Source: Mollicutes bacterium (GTDB lineage: Bacteria; Bacillota_I; Bacilli_A; RF39; UBA660). From it: a stretch of 40,704 nt of DNA. Below, piece by piece: positions 26,281-35,924 of the stretch. The translations under genes were made by a program, and so were the position numbers. The stretch lies in contig JAAYPA010000011.1 in assembly GCA_012520055.1 (NCBI GenBank), positions 1-40,704 of the forward strand. The letters run 5' to 3'. How positions within the stretch are numbered: position 1 is the first letter of the stretch; the number at the start of each line of letters is the position of its first letter. Under the pieces are notes generated by a model, which ran no database searches, was not told the DNA's origin, and saw nothing but the letters and a program-made list of their open reading frames with translations.

Positions 26281-26610
26281 ATGGAAACTAAAAAGAAAAA
26301 TAATAAATTTAAATATATTTTTTACTTTTTAGTAATAGCGTTTATTTCAGTGTATGTTTCGGGTAAAACTGGTTATTATGAAAATAAACTTAAAAAAAAT
26401 ACTCTTTTAACTAATGAAGCTATTATGCAGTTTGAAAAAGATTTAGAAGATGGTAAACCGGTTGATATTAAAGATTATATTAAAGCGGATGTTCCTGATT
26501 ACCGTAATATTTATTCTAAGGCCGGAGATAAATTAAGTAATACTATTGATACAATTTTAAATGATGGAGTAGGTAAATTAATTGACTTTTTAAAAGCTTT
26601 ATTTAGTTAA
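26281..26610 (+). CDS. Hypothetical membrane-anchored protein (109 aa)
   Basis: One N-terminal TM and an RBS TAGGTGA. Its promoter and leader resemble those of spoIIP. Confidence 0.55.
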   Translation: METKKKNNKFKYIFYFLVIAFISVYVSGKTGYYENKLKKNTLLTNEAIMQFEKDLEDGKPVDIKDYIKADVPDYRNIYSKAGDKLSNTIDTILNDGVGKLIDFLKALFS

Positions 26611-26642
26611 TTTATTGTGCTAAGATAATCTTAGGTGAAAAT

Positions 26643-27647
26643 ATGGGAAAACTAAAAACTATTCTTAGGTATGCTAGAAAAATTGATATTCGGAATATGC
26701 TTAAAATAATTAAAAAAATAAGTAAAAAAGCTAATAAGAATGTTATTTTCATATTCTTTGATGTCATTTATTGTGGACTATCCTATGGTGCCGGATATTA
26801 TGATTATCAGGAATTTGAATTTTATTTATTAAACCGAAAACAAAGAAAAACCTATTTAACCAGAACTAAAAATAATTTAATTGTTAAAAAATATAATAAT
26901 CCTGATTATTTTTATAAGTTTGATGATAAAAGCATTTTTAATGATATTTTTAAAAAATATTTAAAAAGAGATTATTTAGTTCTTACTAAAAATAGTTTTG
27001 ATGAATTTAAAAGTTTTCTAGGGAAACATTCAGAAATAATTGTTAAACCACTTGATGGTGAAGGTGGTAAAGGAGTTGAAAAATACTCTATTAATAAAAA
27101 GACTGATTTAAAAAAATTATTTAATAATATAATTAAAAACAAACAATTTCTGATTGAAGAGTGTGTTAGACAACATTCTGATATTAATAAGCTATATTCT
27201 AAGTCAGTAAATACTTTAAGATTATTTACTTTCTTTGATGGGAAAAATGCTTATGTTATGAATTCAGTATTTAAAATAGGTAATGGGGGAGTTACAGATA
27301 ATTTTTCAAGTGGTAGTATGTATACTTTTGTTAATGATGAAGGAGTAATAATAGTTCCTGCTATTGATCAAGGTGATAATATTTTTGTTAAACATCCTTT
27401 AACTAATGTCAAAATTACCGGATTTAAAGTACCTTTATATAAAGAAGCTTGTGATTTGGTAATAAATGCCGCTAAAGAAATACCGGAAGTTAAATACGTA
27501 GGCTGGGACGTAGCAATAAGTGAAAAGGGTCCGGTTATTATTGAAGGTAATTCTTTTCCGGGAGTATTTCAAGTTAAACCAAGTTTAAGTTCTAATAAAG
27601 AAGGCTTAATTCCGAAATACCAAAAAATCATGGAAATTGAACTTTAA
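26643..27647 (+). CDS. ATP-grasp family protein (sugar-transfer-associated / glutamate-ligase-like)
   Basis: 334 aa. IVKPLDGEGGKGV and IIEGNSFPG blocks typical of ATP-grasp folds. Confidence 0.7.
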   Translation: MGKLKTILRYARKIDIRNMLKIIKKISKKANKNVIFIFFDVIYCGLSYGAGYYDYQEFEFYLLNRKQRKTYLTRTKNNLIVKKYNNPDYFYKFDDKSIFNDIFKKYLKRDYLVLTKNSFDEFKSFLGKHSEIIVKPLDGEGGKGVEKYSINKKTDLKKLFNNIIKNKQFLIEECVRQHSDINKLYSKSVNTLRLFTFFDGKNAYVMNSVFKIGNGGVTDNFSSGSMYTFVNDEGVIIVPAIDQGDNIFVKHPLTNVKITGFKVPLYKEACDLVINAAKEIPEVKYVGWDVAISEKGPVIIEGNSFPGVFQVKPSLSSNKEGLIPKYQKIMEIEL

Positions 27648-27650
27648 TAC

Positions 27651-27679
27651 TTGAATAAGAAGCAAATATTTTGTATAAT
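27651..27679 (+). promoter_or_regulatory. Putative tRNA-Arg promoter
   Basis: TTGAAT (27651-27656), 17 nt, TATAAT (27674-27679). Confidence 0.6.
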
Positions 27680-27699
27680 TAGTTTGCTTCTTAAGAAAC

Positions 27700-27776
27700 G
27701 TCCTCATAGCTCAGCAGGATAGAGCACACGCCTTCTAAGCGTGCGGTCGTACGTTCGAATCGTACTGGGGACGCCA
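27700..27776 (+). tRNA. tRNA-Arg (anticodon UCU), CCA encoded
   Basis: GTCCTCATAGCTCAGCAGGATAGAGCACACGCCTTCTAAGCGTGCGGTCGTACGTTCGAATCGTACTGGGGACGCCA. Loop CT-TCT-AA. Confidence 0.93.
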
Positions 27777-27791
27777 TTTATTTGAAAATTG

Positions 27792-27821
27792 AAGACTACT
27801 TAATTAAAAGTAGTCTTTTTT
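27792..27821 (+). terminator. Intrinsic terminator of tRNA-Arg
   Basis: AAGACTACTT aattaa AAGTAGTCTT followed by TTTTT. Confidence 0.75.
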
Positions 27822-27837
27822 AAAGGTTGGGATAATA

Positions 27838-28179
27838 TTGGATAGCAAGGAATATCTTGATAAACTGATAACAGTTAAAATGGATCGCATGCTTGGAGCT
27901 AAACATCCTAAACACGGGTTTCTTTACTTACTTAATTATGGATATATTCCTGGTACCATAAGTGGCGATGGTGAAGAAATCGATGCCTACGTCCTTGGGG
28001 TATTTGAACCAGTAGAAGAATTTACCGGTAAAGTTATAGCTATTATTCATCGAACTAATGATAACGATGATAAATTAGTAGTGGCACCTCAAAATGTTAA
28101 TTATACGGATGAACAGATTAAAGCACTTACTGAATTTCAGGAAAGATTTTTTGAATCAATAATTATTAGAAATAAATAA
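27838..28179 (+). CDS. Short inorganic-pyrophosphatase-like protein
   Basis: 113 aa with a TTG start. NYGYIPGTISGDGEEIDAYVLG resembles the family I PPase core (NYGFIP...DGDPLD), but the protein is much shorter than canonical PPases. Confidence 0.55.
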   Translation: MDSKEYLDKLITVKMDRMLGAKHPKHGFLYLLNYGYIPGTISGDGEEIDAYVLGVFEPVEEFTGKVIAIIHRTNDNDDKLVVAPQNVNYTDEQIKALTEFQERFFESIIIRNK

Positions 28180-28195
28180 AAGTAAGGTGGTTAAA

Positions 28196-30370
28196 ATGGT
28201 AGATAGTAAATTTATAGAAGAAGAAAAATATCTTGCAACAGTTAATAAGTTAATTAAAAATGATATTGAAAACACCACTTTAGCTCATCAAAAAAAATCA
28301 AAAGAGAAATTAAGTTTTGAGGACAGGCAGCGAGGACAACATTTACTTAATAATTCTATGCTGAATATAATGCATAATCGTATTCGAATTTTAAAAACTA
28401 TTGCGCCATCTCCTTATTTTGGTCGGATAGATTTTAAAGAAAAGAACCATAATCATCCTGAAAAATATTATATTGGTAAAGCCAATGTATGGGATGATCA
28501 ATATAAATTATATGTCATTGACTGGCGAACTCCGGTAGCGGGAATGTATTATGATAATTCCATAGGTAAGGCTTCATATATTGCTCCCGAAGGAGAAATA
28601 AGTGGTATTATTGAATTAAAGAGACAACTTATTATTGAAAACTTTGTACTAAAGAAAGCATTAGACGTTGATTTGGTTGGAAGAGATGTTATTTTACAAG
28701 AATATTTAGATGTTCATGCAAATAACCGTATGAAAAGCATTGTTTCTTCTATTCAAAAACAACAAAATCAAGTAATTCGTTACAATAGCCGTGATAATTT
28801 AATAGTACAAGGTATTGCTGGATCAGGTAAAACCAGTGTAGCATTGCATCGAATCGCTTATTTAATGTATCTATTTAATACTACTAATAATAGTTTAGTA
28901 AATTCAAAACAGTTTATGATAATTGGTCCAAACCCATATTTTTTAAATTATATTTCAAGTGTTTTACCGGATTTAGATGTAGAAAATGCAGTTCAAATAA
29001 CTTTAAATGATTTAGTTAAAAAAGCAACCAGTGAAAAAATTACGGTGGCAGATCCTTCTAAAGAATTACAGGAATATTTAAATAATGATATAAAAGATGA
29101 TATTATAATAGAGAACTCTTTCGGATTTGAAAAAGCTTTAGATATGTATGTTAATGAGTTAATGGATTATTATTTAAACTCTGATATTAAGTACTTAAAT
29201 AAAGTTATTTTTACGAAAGACTACATTGCATCTTTTTTAACTGGTAAAAACGTAAAACTATTAGATAATATTGCTTCTATTCAAAAGCGTTTGATAAGTA
29301 ATGTTAAAAATGATATTAAATCAGATTTTGGTAAACTTGAGGATTTCTTAACTAAAGAAATTAGCTGCCAAATTAAAGAATTACCACAAGAAAGCAAGGA
29401 AAGAATATCTTTATTTGAAAAAAGAGATAAGATTATAGAAGAACTTAAAACGGGTCTTGCTGATGTAATTAAAGAACATTTTAGTTTAGCTAGTAAAACT
29501 GTATTACAGCATTATATACGATTTATAACTAATATTGAAAAATATTTAGATTTACCGGGTATTTTAAAATTTAAGAATGAAACTTTAAAAAGACTTGGTA
29601 AAAAAAACTTATCCAGAGAAGATATTGGACCGATGATATTACTTAAATCAAAACTATCTTCTGTTTCTCAATATAAAGATATAATTCATATTATAATAGA
29701 TGAAGCTCAAGATCTTAATTTAATAGAATTTAAAGCTATAAAAAATACGTTTCCTAATGCTAATTTCTCAATATTTGGTGATTTAAATCAATCTATTTAT
29801 TCCTATAGGGCAGTTAAAGATTGGGATTCGGTCAAAACTAAAGTATTTGATAATAAGTGTCAGTTATTTGAATTAAATCAATCATATCGAACTACTCATG
29901 AAATAATGCAAGAAGCAAATAAAATATCAAAATATTTAACCGGGAATATTTCTGAAGAGATTGTAAGACATGGTGATAAAGTAGATTATATTAAATTATC
30001 AGAGGATGAAACAGTATTACATGTTAAAGCTTTAATAGAAGAAAATCTTGCAGCAGGATATAAATCAATGGCCATTATTACCAAAACCGAAGCCGAAGCA
30101 TTGAGAATTAATCGCAGATTAAAAGATATGGGCATAGTAGTTCCTAATATAACATTTGAAGATAAGAATTATAATGGTGGGATTTGTACTATAGCTTCTA
30201 GTTTAGTTAAAGGATTAGAATTTGATGCAACTATTTTATTAGATGTAAATAAGGAAAATTATAAAATAGAAAAAGATATAGATATGAAATTACTTTATGT
30301 AGCTATGACTAGAGCCCTGCATAAGACAAGTATATTTTATACCAATGAACTACCTAGTATATTGAAATAA
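28196..30370 (+). CDS. helD: HelD / helicase IV-type UvrD-family helicase
   Basis: N-terminal YFGRIDF...YIGK...DWRTP...YY block, Walker A GIAGSGKTS, motif II IIDEAQD, C-terminal LYVAMTRA. Start set at the ATG at 28196 (AAGGTGG 5 nt upstream). Confidence 0.85.
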   Translation: MVDSKFIEEEKYLATVNKLIKNDIENTTLAHQKKSKEKLSFEDRQRGQHLLNNSMLNIMHNRIRILKTIAPSPYFGRIDFKEKNHNHPEKYYIGKANVWDDQYKLYVIDWRTPVAGMYYDNSIGKASYIAPEGEISGIIELKRQLIIENFVLKKALDVDLVGRDVILQEYLDVHANNRMKSIVSSIQKQQNQVIRYNSRDNLIVQGIAGSGKTSVALHRIAYLMYLFNTTNNSLVNSKQFMIIGPNPYFLNYISSVLPDLDVENAVQITLNDLVKKATSEKITVADPSKELQEYLNNDIKDDIIIENSFGFEKALDMYVNELMDYYLNSDIKYLNKVIFTKDYIASFLTGKNVKLLDNIASIQKRLISNVKNDIKSDFGKLEDFLTKEISCQIKELPQESKERISLFEKRDKIIEELKTGLADVIKEHFSLASKTVLQHYIRFITNIEKYLDLPGILKFKNETLKRLGKKNLSREDIGPMILLKSKLSSVSQYKDIIHIIIDEAQDLNLIEFKAIKNTFPNANFSIFGDLNQSIYSYRAVKDWDSVKTKVFDNKCQLFELNQSYRTTHEIMQEANKISKYLTGNISEEIVRHGDKVDYIKLSEDETVLHVKALIEENLAAGYKSMAIITKTEAEALRINRRLKDMGIVVPNITFEDKNYNGGICTIASSLVKGLEFDATILLDVNKENYKIEKDIDMKLLYVAMTRALHKTSIFYTNELPSILK

Positions 30371-30467
30371 TAATGAGTTACTTGAACTCTTTTTATTTTC
30401 TTATGAAGTTACTTTACGAATTTTAAAAAGCATGTTAAAATTATTATAATAGAGAGGATAGATTCTG

Positions 30468-30632
30468 ATGTTAACGGATTTACTGAATAAAGAAATAAAA
30501 ATTACTTATGAGTTAGGCTATTACTATAATAGTAAAAAAGGAGTAGTTACGGAAGTTACTCCGGAATTTATCATACTTGATGATAATACAATGATTAACC
30601 GAGAATTTATCATAAAGATTGAAATAAAATAA
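30468..30632 (+). CDS. Possible 54-aa protein
   Basis: MLTDLLNKEIKITYELGYYYNSKKGVVTEVTPEFIILDDNTMINREFIIKIEIK, with a GAGAGGA RBS. Too short for the ORF track and function unknown. Confidence 0.3.
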   Translation: MLTDLLNKEIKITYELGYYYNSKKGVVTEVTPEFIILDDNTMINREFIIKIEIK

Positions 30633-30655
30633 ACACAAAATAAAAGGGTGATAAT

Positions 30656-31651
30656 ATGAAAGTTTTAGTAATAGGTAAACCGGTCTATAATGTTATACTT
30701 TCTCTACAAAATTTTGTTAGTGAAGGGGCAAAGTATAATTTAAAAGAAAAATTGGAAATGGGTGGTGGAGCAGTATATTGCGCAGCAACTCTTTTAAATA
30801 AGTGGAATACACCGGTTTATTTTAACGGGGTTGTCGGTAGTGATGCCTATGGTAATAAGATTAAAAGTGAATTAGAAGGTGTTGGAGTTAATACCAAATA
30901 TATTGAAATAAATTATGAACATCCAACCGGTTTTAATTATATTTTAATTAATAATCAAAATGGTAGCTCTACGCAAATAATTGTCGATAATCCGGATATT
31001 AATCTTACTAAATACAAATATGATTTCATCCCTGATTATATTATTATGGATGGTACCGATCCGGCCGGTAGCATAGCGGCTTTAAATAATTTTCCTAAAG
31101 CAATTAGTATTTTATTTGCTAATAAAGTTTCGGAAACTGTTTATAATATTAGTAAAAGATGTAGCTATGTTGTAGCTAATATGGGTTATGCCAAAGCGCT
31201 GGCTAAAATGGACTTGGAATTTAATAAAACTAAAAGTTTAGTCAATTTTATGCAAAAAATTAAAGATTTAAATAAAGCTCAATATATTATAACTCTTAAA
31301 GAAAAAGGTGTACTGTATGTTAGTGACAACAAAGTTAAAATGCTTCCTGCTATTAAATTGGAAAAAATAATTGATGATACCAATTCTGGTAATATGTTCT
31401 TTGGAGCATTCTGCTTTGGTTTAATTAATAATTATGGAATAGATTTAGCAGTTAAAATTGCCAATATAACCGGAGGTTTAGCTATGACTAAATTAGGATG
31501 TATTGATGCTGTTCCGAATCTTTCTGAAGTACTTAGATTAGCGGGTATAAAAGAAGAAAATATTGATAATAATCAAGATAGACCGGAAGAAACAGCGCCG
31601 GAAATAATTGAAACTAATAAAGAAAATCCCGCTCCTAATGTTTCCCAATGA
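30656..31651 (+). CDS. PfkB/ribokinase-family protein, divergent
   Basis: 331 aa. GGG(A) motif near residue 36. The DTxGAGD site reads DTNSGNM (catalytic Asp replaced). The C-terminal tail is acidic and Pro-rich. Confidence 0.65.
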   Translation: MKVLVIGKPVYNVILSLQNFVSEGAKYNLKEKLEMGGGAVYCAATLLNKWNTPVYFNGVVGSDAYGNKIKSELEGVGVNTKYIEINYEHPTGFNYILINNQNGSSTQIIVDNPDINLTKYKYDFIPDYIIMDGTDPAGSIAALNNFPKAISILFANKVSETVYNISKRCSYVVANMGYAKALAKMDLEFNKTKSLVNFMQKIKDLNKAQYIITLKEKGVLYVSDNKVKMLPAIKLEKIIDDTNSGNMFFGAFCFGLINNYGIDLAVKIANITGGLAMTKLGCIDAVPNLSEVLRLAGIKEENIDNNQDRPEETAPEIIETNKENPAPNVSQ

Positions 31652-31905
31652 TAGATCCTTTTTTAGTTAATTTACCGACTTTAGATGTTCATGGTTATAC
31701 CAGTGATACTGTTACTTGGGTCATCAGTGATTTTATAAATGACAATCTTATCATGGGTAAAGATAAGATTGTTATTGTTCATGGAATTGGGCAAGGAATT
31801 TTAAAAAAAGTAATTAATAATTATTTTAAAAAAGATAAAAGAATTAAAAAAATATATGGAGATCCTTTTAATTTAGGTATAACAATACTGGAATTAAATA
31901 AATAG
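31648..31905 (+). CDS. Smr-domain protein
   Basis: 85 aa. LDVHGYT ... IVHGIGQGILK (Smr LDLHG / HGxG motifs). ATGA overlap with the upstream gene. Confidence 0.7.
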   Translation: MIDPFLVNLPTLDVHGYTSDTVTWVISDFINDNLIMGKDKIVIVHGIGQGILKKVINNYFKKDKRIKKIYGDPFNLGITILELNK

Positions 31906-31939
31906 TTATGTTAGAATACGCATTTGCAGGTGATAAACA

Positions 31940-33208
31940 ATGTTTGTTGATGAGGTAACAGTAAAACTTATAGCCGGAAAGGGTGGCGATGGCTGCACTT
32001 CTTTTCGTCGTGAAAAATATGTTGAAATGGGCGGACCTAACGGTGGTAATGGTGGTCAAGGAGCAAACATTGTTTTTAAATCCGATAAATCTCTTCGTAC
32101 TTTAATAGATTTAAAAATGATGAAAACCATTAAAGGTCATAAGGGCGAAAACGGTATGGGTTCTGATAGGCATGGAGCTAATGCCCAAAATATTATTATT
32201 AAAGTGCCTATGGGGACGACCGTAACTAACGCCGATACCGGAGAGTTAATTGCAGATATTATTAAGGAAGATGAGGAAGTAATTATTGCTCATGGAGGAA
32301 GAGGTGGAAGAGGTAACAAAGCCTTTGCCACAAGATCTAATAAAGCTCCTCGAATGAGTGAACTTGGTCAACCGGGTGAAATTCTGAGAATTAAATGTGA
32401 ATTAAAAGTTTTAGCCGATGTTGGTCTTGTTGGTTTTCCAAGTGTCGGAAAAAGTACGATATTAAGTATGATTAGTAATGCTAAGCCCAAAATAGCTGCT
32501 TATCATTTTACAACCTTATCTCCTAATTTAGGCTTAGTAAGAGTATATGATGATTCATTTGTTATAGCTGATTTACCTGGTCTTATTGAAGGAGCCAGTG
32601 AAGGAGCTGGTCTTGGTCATAAATTTTTAAGACATGCAATGCGTACTAAGGTTATAGCTCATGTTATTGATATGGCTGGATCAGAATATCGTGATCCATT
32701 AAATGATTATGAACAAATATTAAAAGAAATTGAAAATTATGATCAAAGACTAATTCAAAAACCTTCGGTAGTTATTGCCAATAAAATGGATTTGGAAGGT
32801 GCTAAGGAAAATTTACAAAAATTTAAACAAAAATACCCAAATACAAAAATATTTTCCACCAGTGCTCTTTATAATGAAGGTTTAGATGAATTAATTGTAT
32901 ATTTAAATCAACTTGTTAAAGAAACCGAAAAAAAGCCTCTATATGATGAACCTGATATTAATCATATGGTATATAAATACGAAAGTGAACCTAAATTTAC
33001 TATAACTAAAGAAGGTAATGTTTGGATAATAAACGGTAAAGAAATAGAAGAATTATTATTAATGACTCGTTTTACGGAAGAAGAGAGCGTTATCCGTTTT
33101 GCTCGAAAACTTAAACATATGGGTGTCGAAGAAGAATTAGAAAGACTTGGAGCACATATCGGTGATGAAGTTAAAATTCTAGATTATATTTTTAATTTTA
33201 AAGAATGA
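31940..33208 (+). CDS. obg: GTPase Obg/CgtA
   Basis: MFVDEVTVKLIAGKGGDGCTSFRREK, glycine-rich Obg fold, G1 GFPSVGKST, G3 DLPG, G4 NKMD, C-terminal OCT domain. Confidence 0.96.
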   Translation: MFVDEVTVKLIAGKGGDGCTSFRREKYVEMGGPNGGNGGQGANIVFKSDKSLRTLIDLKMMKTIKGHKGENGMGSDRHGANAQNIIIKVPMGTTVTNADTGELIADIIKEDEEVIIAHGGRGGRGNKAFATRSNKAPRMSELGQPGEILRIKCELKVLADVGLVGFPSVGKSTILSMISNAKPKIAAYHFTTLSPNLGLVRVYDDSFVIADLPGLIEGASEGAGLGHKFLRHAMRTKVIAHVIDMAGSEYRDPLNDYEQILKEIENYDQRLIQKPSVVIANKMDLEGAKENLQKFKQKYPNTKIFSTSALYNEGLDELIVYLNQLVKETEKKPLYDEPDINHMVYKYESEPKFTITKEGNVWIINGKEIEELLLMTRFTEEESVIRFARKLKHMGVEEELERLGAHIGDEVKILDYIFNFKE

Positions 33209-33284
33209 TAATGTAAAGTATCTTTTTTTGTTATTTCGACATTATCTTTAAGATAAAACCAATATAATATGATTGGTGATTTTG

Positions 33285-33722
33285 ATGCGGACTTTTTATG
33301 TATTTAAAATTAAAGATGAATATAGTAAGTTAACCAGAAATATTCCCTATAATTTATATAATACTTATTTAAGTATCAGAATGAGTAATCCGGACAATAT
33401 TGAATATATATATAATCAGTATAAAAGTATTACGGATAAAGTATCGGTATCAGAAATAAATAAATTCTTACTAGGTAAAATGAAAAGATATGACGGATAC
33501 AGTATTTATCGAAATACTCATATGTATAATGATTACTACAGTGATGAGGTAAGTAAATTAATAATTTTTAATAGTTATTTTATATTAAAGAGTAATAAAC
33601 CAAATAGTACTTTTTTTACAGCATTATATAATATACCTAATCTTTTTGTGATTGATTTTGAAAATAAAGACTATTTCTGGTTGAGTGGAATGAATTATTT
33701 AAGGCTTGTTAATTCGGAATAA
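33285..33722 (+). CDS. Hypothetical protein, possibly SirA-like (sporulation inhibitor of replication)
   Basis: About 145 aa. The only support is its size and its position directly upstream of a YneF-like gene, as for sirA (yneE)-yneF in Bacillus subtilis. Sequence similarity was not verified. Confidence 0.35.
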   Translation: MRTFYVFKIKDEYSKLTRNIPYNLYNTYLSIRMSNPDNIEYIYNQYKSITDKVSVSEINKFLLGKMKRYDGYSIYRNTHMYNDYYSDEVSKLIIFNSYFILKSNKPNSTFFTALYNIPNLFVIDFENKDYFWLSGMNYLRLVNSE

Positions 33723-33754
33723 AAACGATATAATTACTTTTAGGAGTGATATAA

Positions 33755-33964
33755 ATGTTACAAGATATATTATTAGTACTAGCCGGTGTTATAATCGGTG
33801 CCATTTTAGGATTTGTCATATGCAGAGCCTATATGAAAAAATATTTAAAGAAAAATCCCCCAATCAATGAAAAAATGATTGAAACATTAATGAGTGGTAT
33901 GGGACGTAAACCAAGTCAAAAACAAGTTAAGCAATTAATGCAACAAATGAATAAAATGATGTAA
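33755..33964 (+). CDS. UPF0154 (YneF-like) small membrane protein
   Basis: 69 aa. N-terminal TM followed by [34 protein letters not shown], the hallmark of the family. Confidence 0.8.
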   Translation: MLQDILLVLAGVIIGAILGFVICRAYMKKYLKKNPPINEKMIETLMSGMGRKPSQKQVKQLMQQMNKMM

Positions 33965-33965
33965 T

Positions 33966-34376
33966 ATGAAAATCGATTTAAGAAAACTATATGCTTTAAA
34001 AAAATTAGAAATAGATGAAACAATAATAATCCCGGAAGAATATTATCAAAATACGGATATATTAAGACTTGAAAATATTAATGTCAATGGAGATATTCAA
34101 ATTAATCATGAAGAAGAAATAGAACTTAATGTTATTGTAAGTGGAACATTTATTCTTCCTTGTGCAATTACTTTAGAGGAAGTTCCTTATGATTTTAATA
34201 CGGAAATATCAGAAATTATTCCGGAAAATAATGAAAAGAATCAATTTTCTCTTGAATTATTAGATATTTTGTGGGAAAATATTGTTTCGGAAGTCCCTAT
34301 CAGGGTTGTTAAGCCAGACTTAGTAGCAAAAAATATTAAGGGAGATGGCTGGGAAATTACCATAAATGTTGATTGA
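33966..34376 (+). CDS. YceD/DUF177 family protein
   Basis: 136 aa, acidic, in the conserved position immediately upstream of rpmF. Confidence 0.7.
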   Translation: MKIDLRKLYALKKLEIDETIIIPEEYYQNTDILRLENINVNGDIQINHEEEIELNVIVSGTFILPCAITLEEVPYDFNTEISEIIPENNEKNQFSLELLDILWENIVSEVPIRVVKPDLVAKNIKGDGWEITINVD

Positions 34377-34398
34377 CAGTTAAGGAAGGAGTGATACT

Positions 34399-34590
34399 AT
34401 GGCAGTTCCATTTAGGAGAACCAGTAAAACTAAAAAAAGAATGCGTCGCACTCATTTAAAGAAAACAGCTCCAAACGTTGTTTTATGTAAAAAATGCGGG
34501 GAACCGGTAGCACCACATCGTGCTTGCACAGCTTGTGGTTATTATAAAGGAAAAGAAGTAATTAAAGTTAATGATTCTGAAGAAAAATAA
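34399..34590 (+). CDS. rpmF: 50S ribosomal protein L32
   Basis: [19 protein letters not shown] with a CxxC...CxxC zinc ribbon. Confidence 0.95.
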   Translation: MAVPFRRTSKTKKRMRRTHLKKTAPNVVLCKKCGEPVAPHRACTACGYYKGKEVIKVNDSEEK

Positions 34591-34617
34591 CTTTAATTTT
34601 TTTTTATTAATATACAA

Positions 34618-34646
34618 AAAGAGATAGTTAACTATTTCTTTTTTTT
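34618..34646 (+). terminator. Intrinsic terminator of rpmF
   Basis: AGAGATAG ttaa CTATTTCT (one G-U pair) followed by TTTTTTT. Confidence 0.7.
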
Positions 34647-34689
34647 GTGGTTTTATGTTATACTGTAAACAGTAAAGGATAGATTGCCT

Positions 34690-35046
34690 ATGAAAAAAAA
34701 CAAAATTATTTTAAAGTATTGTCCTAATTTTTATAAAATAATTAATTTTGATTTTTTTGAGGACGATTATATTTCTGAAAGACTTATCTTTATTTATAAG
34801 AATTTTATATTTAATGTTGATCCTGAAAATAAAGAAGATTTAGAAATTATCAATCAATTTGATTTTGTCTTAAATAAATATATAGAAGATTATTATTTTC
34901 GTAAAGCCATGCAAGATAGTATGATGAATATAAAAGTTCAAAAAAGTGATAATACTATTAGAGATATTGCTATGAGTATTATTAATTGTTTTGATTCTTA
35001 TGAATCCGGGTATACTCGTAATATTTATTTTGCGAGGTGGATTTAA
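34690..35046 (+). CDS. Hypothetical protein (118 aa)
   Basis: ATG at 34690 (MKKNKIIL...). Its stop overlaps the next start (TAATG). No family recognised. Confidence 0.5.
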   Translation: MKKNKIILKYCPNFYKIINFDFFEDDYISERLIFIYKNFIFNVDPENKEDLEIINQFDFVLNKYIEDYYFRKAMQDSMMNIKVQKSDNTIRDIAMSIINCFDSYESGYTRNIYFARWI

Positions 35047-35909
35047 TGGTTGATGAAGATTTTTATATTGAGGAAAGTAATCCTGTAAAGGTTTTTTTTA
35101 CTTGTCTTTTGATATTGTTTTTGATAGGAGCATTAGCCGGAGCTTATTATTATTTTTATGTCTATAATAATATTAGTTTAAAAAATATCGAGGTTGAATT
35201 AGGGGCTAAAGTTCCAAGTGATATTTCTAACTTTGTTAAAAGAGGTAATTATGAAGGATGGACTTTAGATGTATCAAAAGTTCATTTAGATGAAAATAAT
35301 AATACTGACAGTGTCGGTGAATACAGTTATAAGATTTCTAAAGATGATAAAGAATTAAAAGGTAAAATAATTGTTAAAGATACTACACCACCAACTGTCG
35401 AAGTAGGTGAGTTAACTGTAGGAATTAATGAAAACTTCCGTGTTGATGAATTTATAATCAAATGTGAAGACTTATCAGGAGCTTGTTTTCCCGAATATGC
35501 TGATGATAAACAAGAAGAATATATCAAAGAAGAAGGTACTTATGAAATAACCTTAAGAATAACCGATAAGTATGATAATGAAGTAATAAAGAAAACTAAG
35601 TTAACTGTTAGTAAAAATTTTTCTTTAAGTGATACCAAAGCTTCTGATAAAACTGTAGCTAGTGTTTATCCCGTAGATAAAAATTGGGATGGAAGTTTTA
35701 CAATTAAATTTGCTAAAGGAATCGAAGATGAATCAGATGAATTTGAAAAAGCTGTTTTAGAGATTGCCAATCGTGATTTTCAAAAAGATTATGAAGAAGA
35801 AATTGCTGAGCAACATTTACTAACTATATATAATAAATATAATTATGTATTAGGTTTTAGTGTTAAATTAGAACTATCTAGTGGTAAAGTAATATATGTA
35901 ACTAATTAA
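35046..35909 (+). CDS. Membrane-anchored protein with an Ig-like ectodomain
   Basis: Start set at the ATG at 35046 (GAGGTGG 5 nt upstream). One TM. DTTPPTVEV begins a module like those in the 36638 surface protein. Confidence 0.6.
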   Translation: MVDEDFYIEESNPVKVFFTCLLILFLIGALAGAYYYFYVYNNISLKNIEVELGAKVPSDISNFVKRGNYEGWTLDVSKVHLDENNNTDSVGEYSYKISKDDKELKGKIIVKDTTPPTVEVGELTVGINENFRVDEFIIKCEDLSGACFPEYADDKQEEYIKEEGTYEITLRITDKYDNEVIKKTKLTVSKNFSLSDTKASDKTVASVYPVDKNWDGSFTIKFAKGIEDESDEFEKAVLEIANRDFQKDYEEEIAEQHLLTIYNKYNYVLGFSVKLELSSGKVIYVTN

Positions 35910-35924
35910 TGAAAGAGGTGCGAT

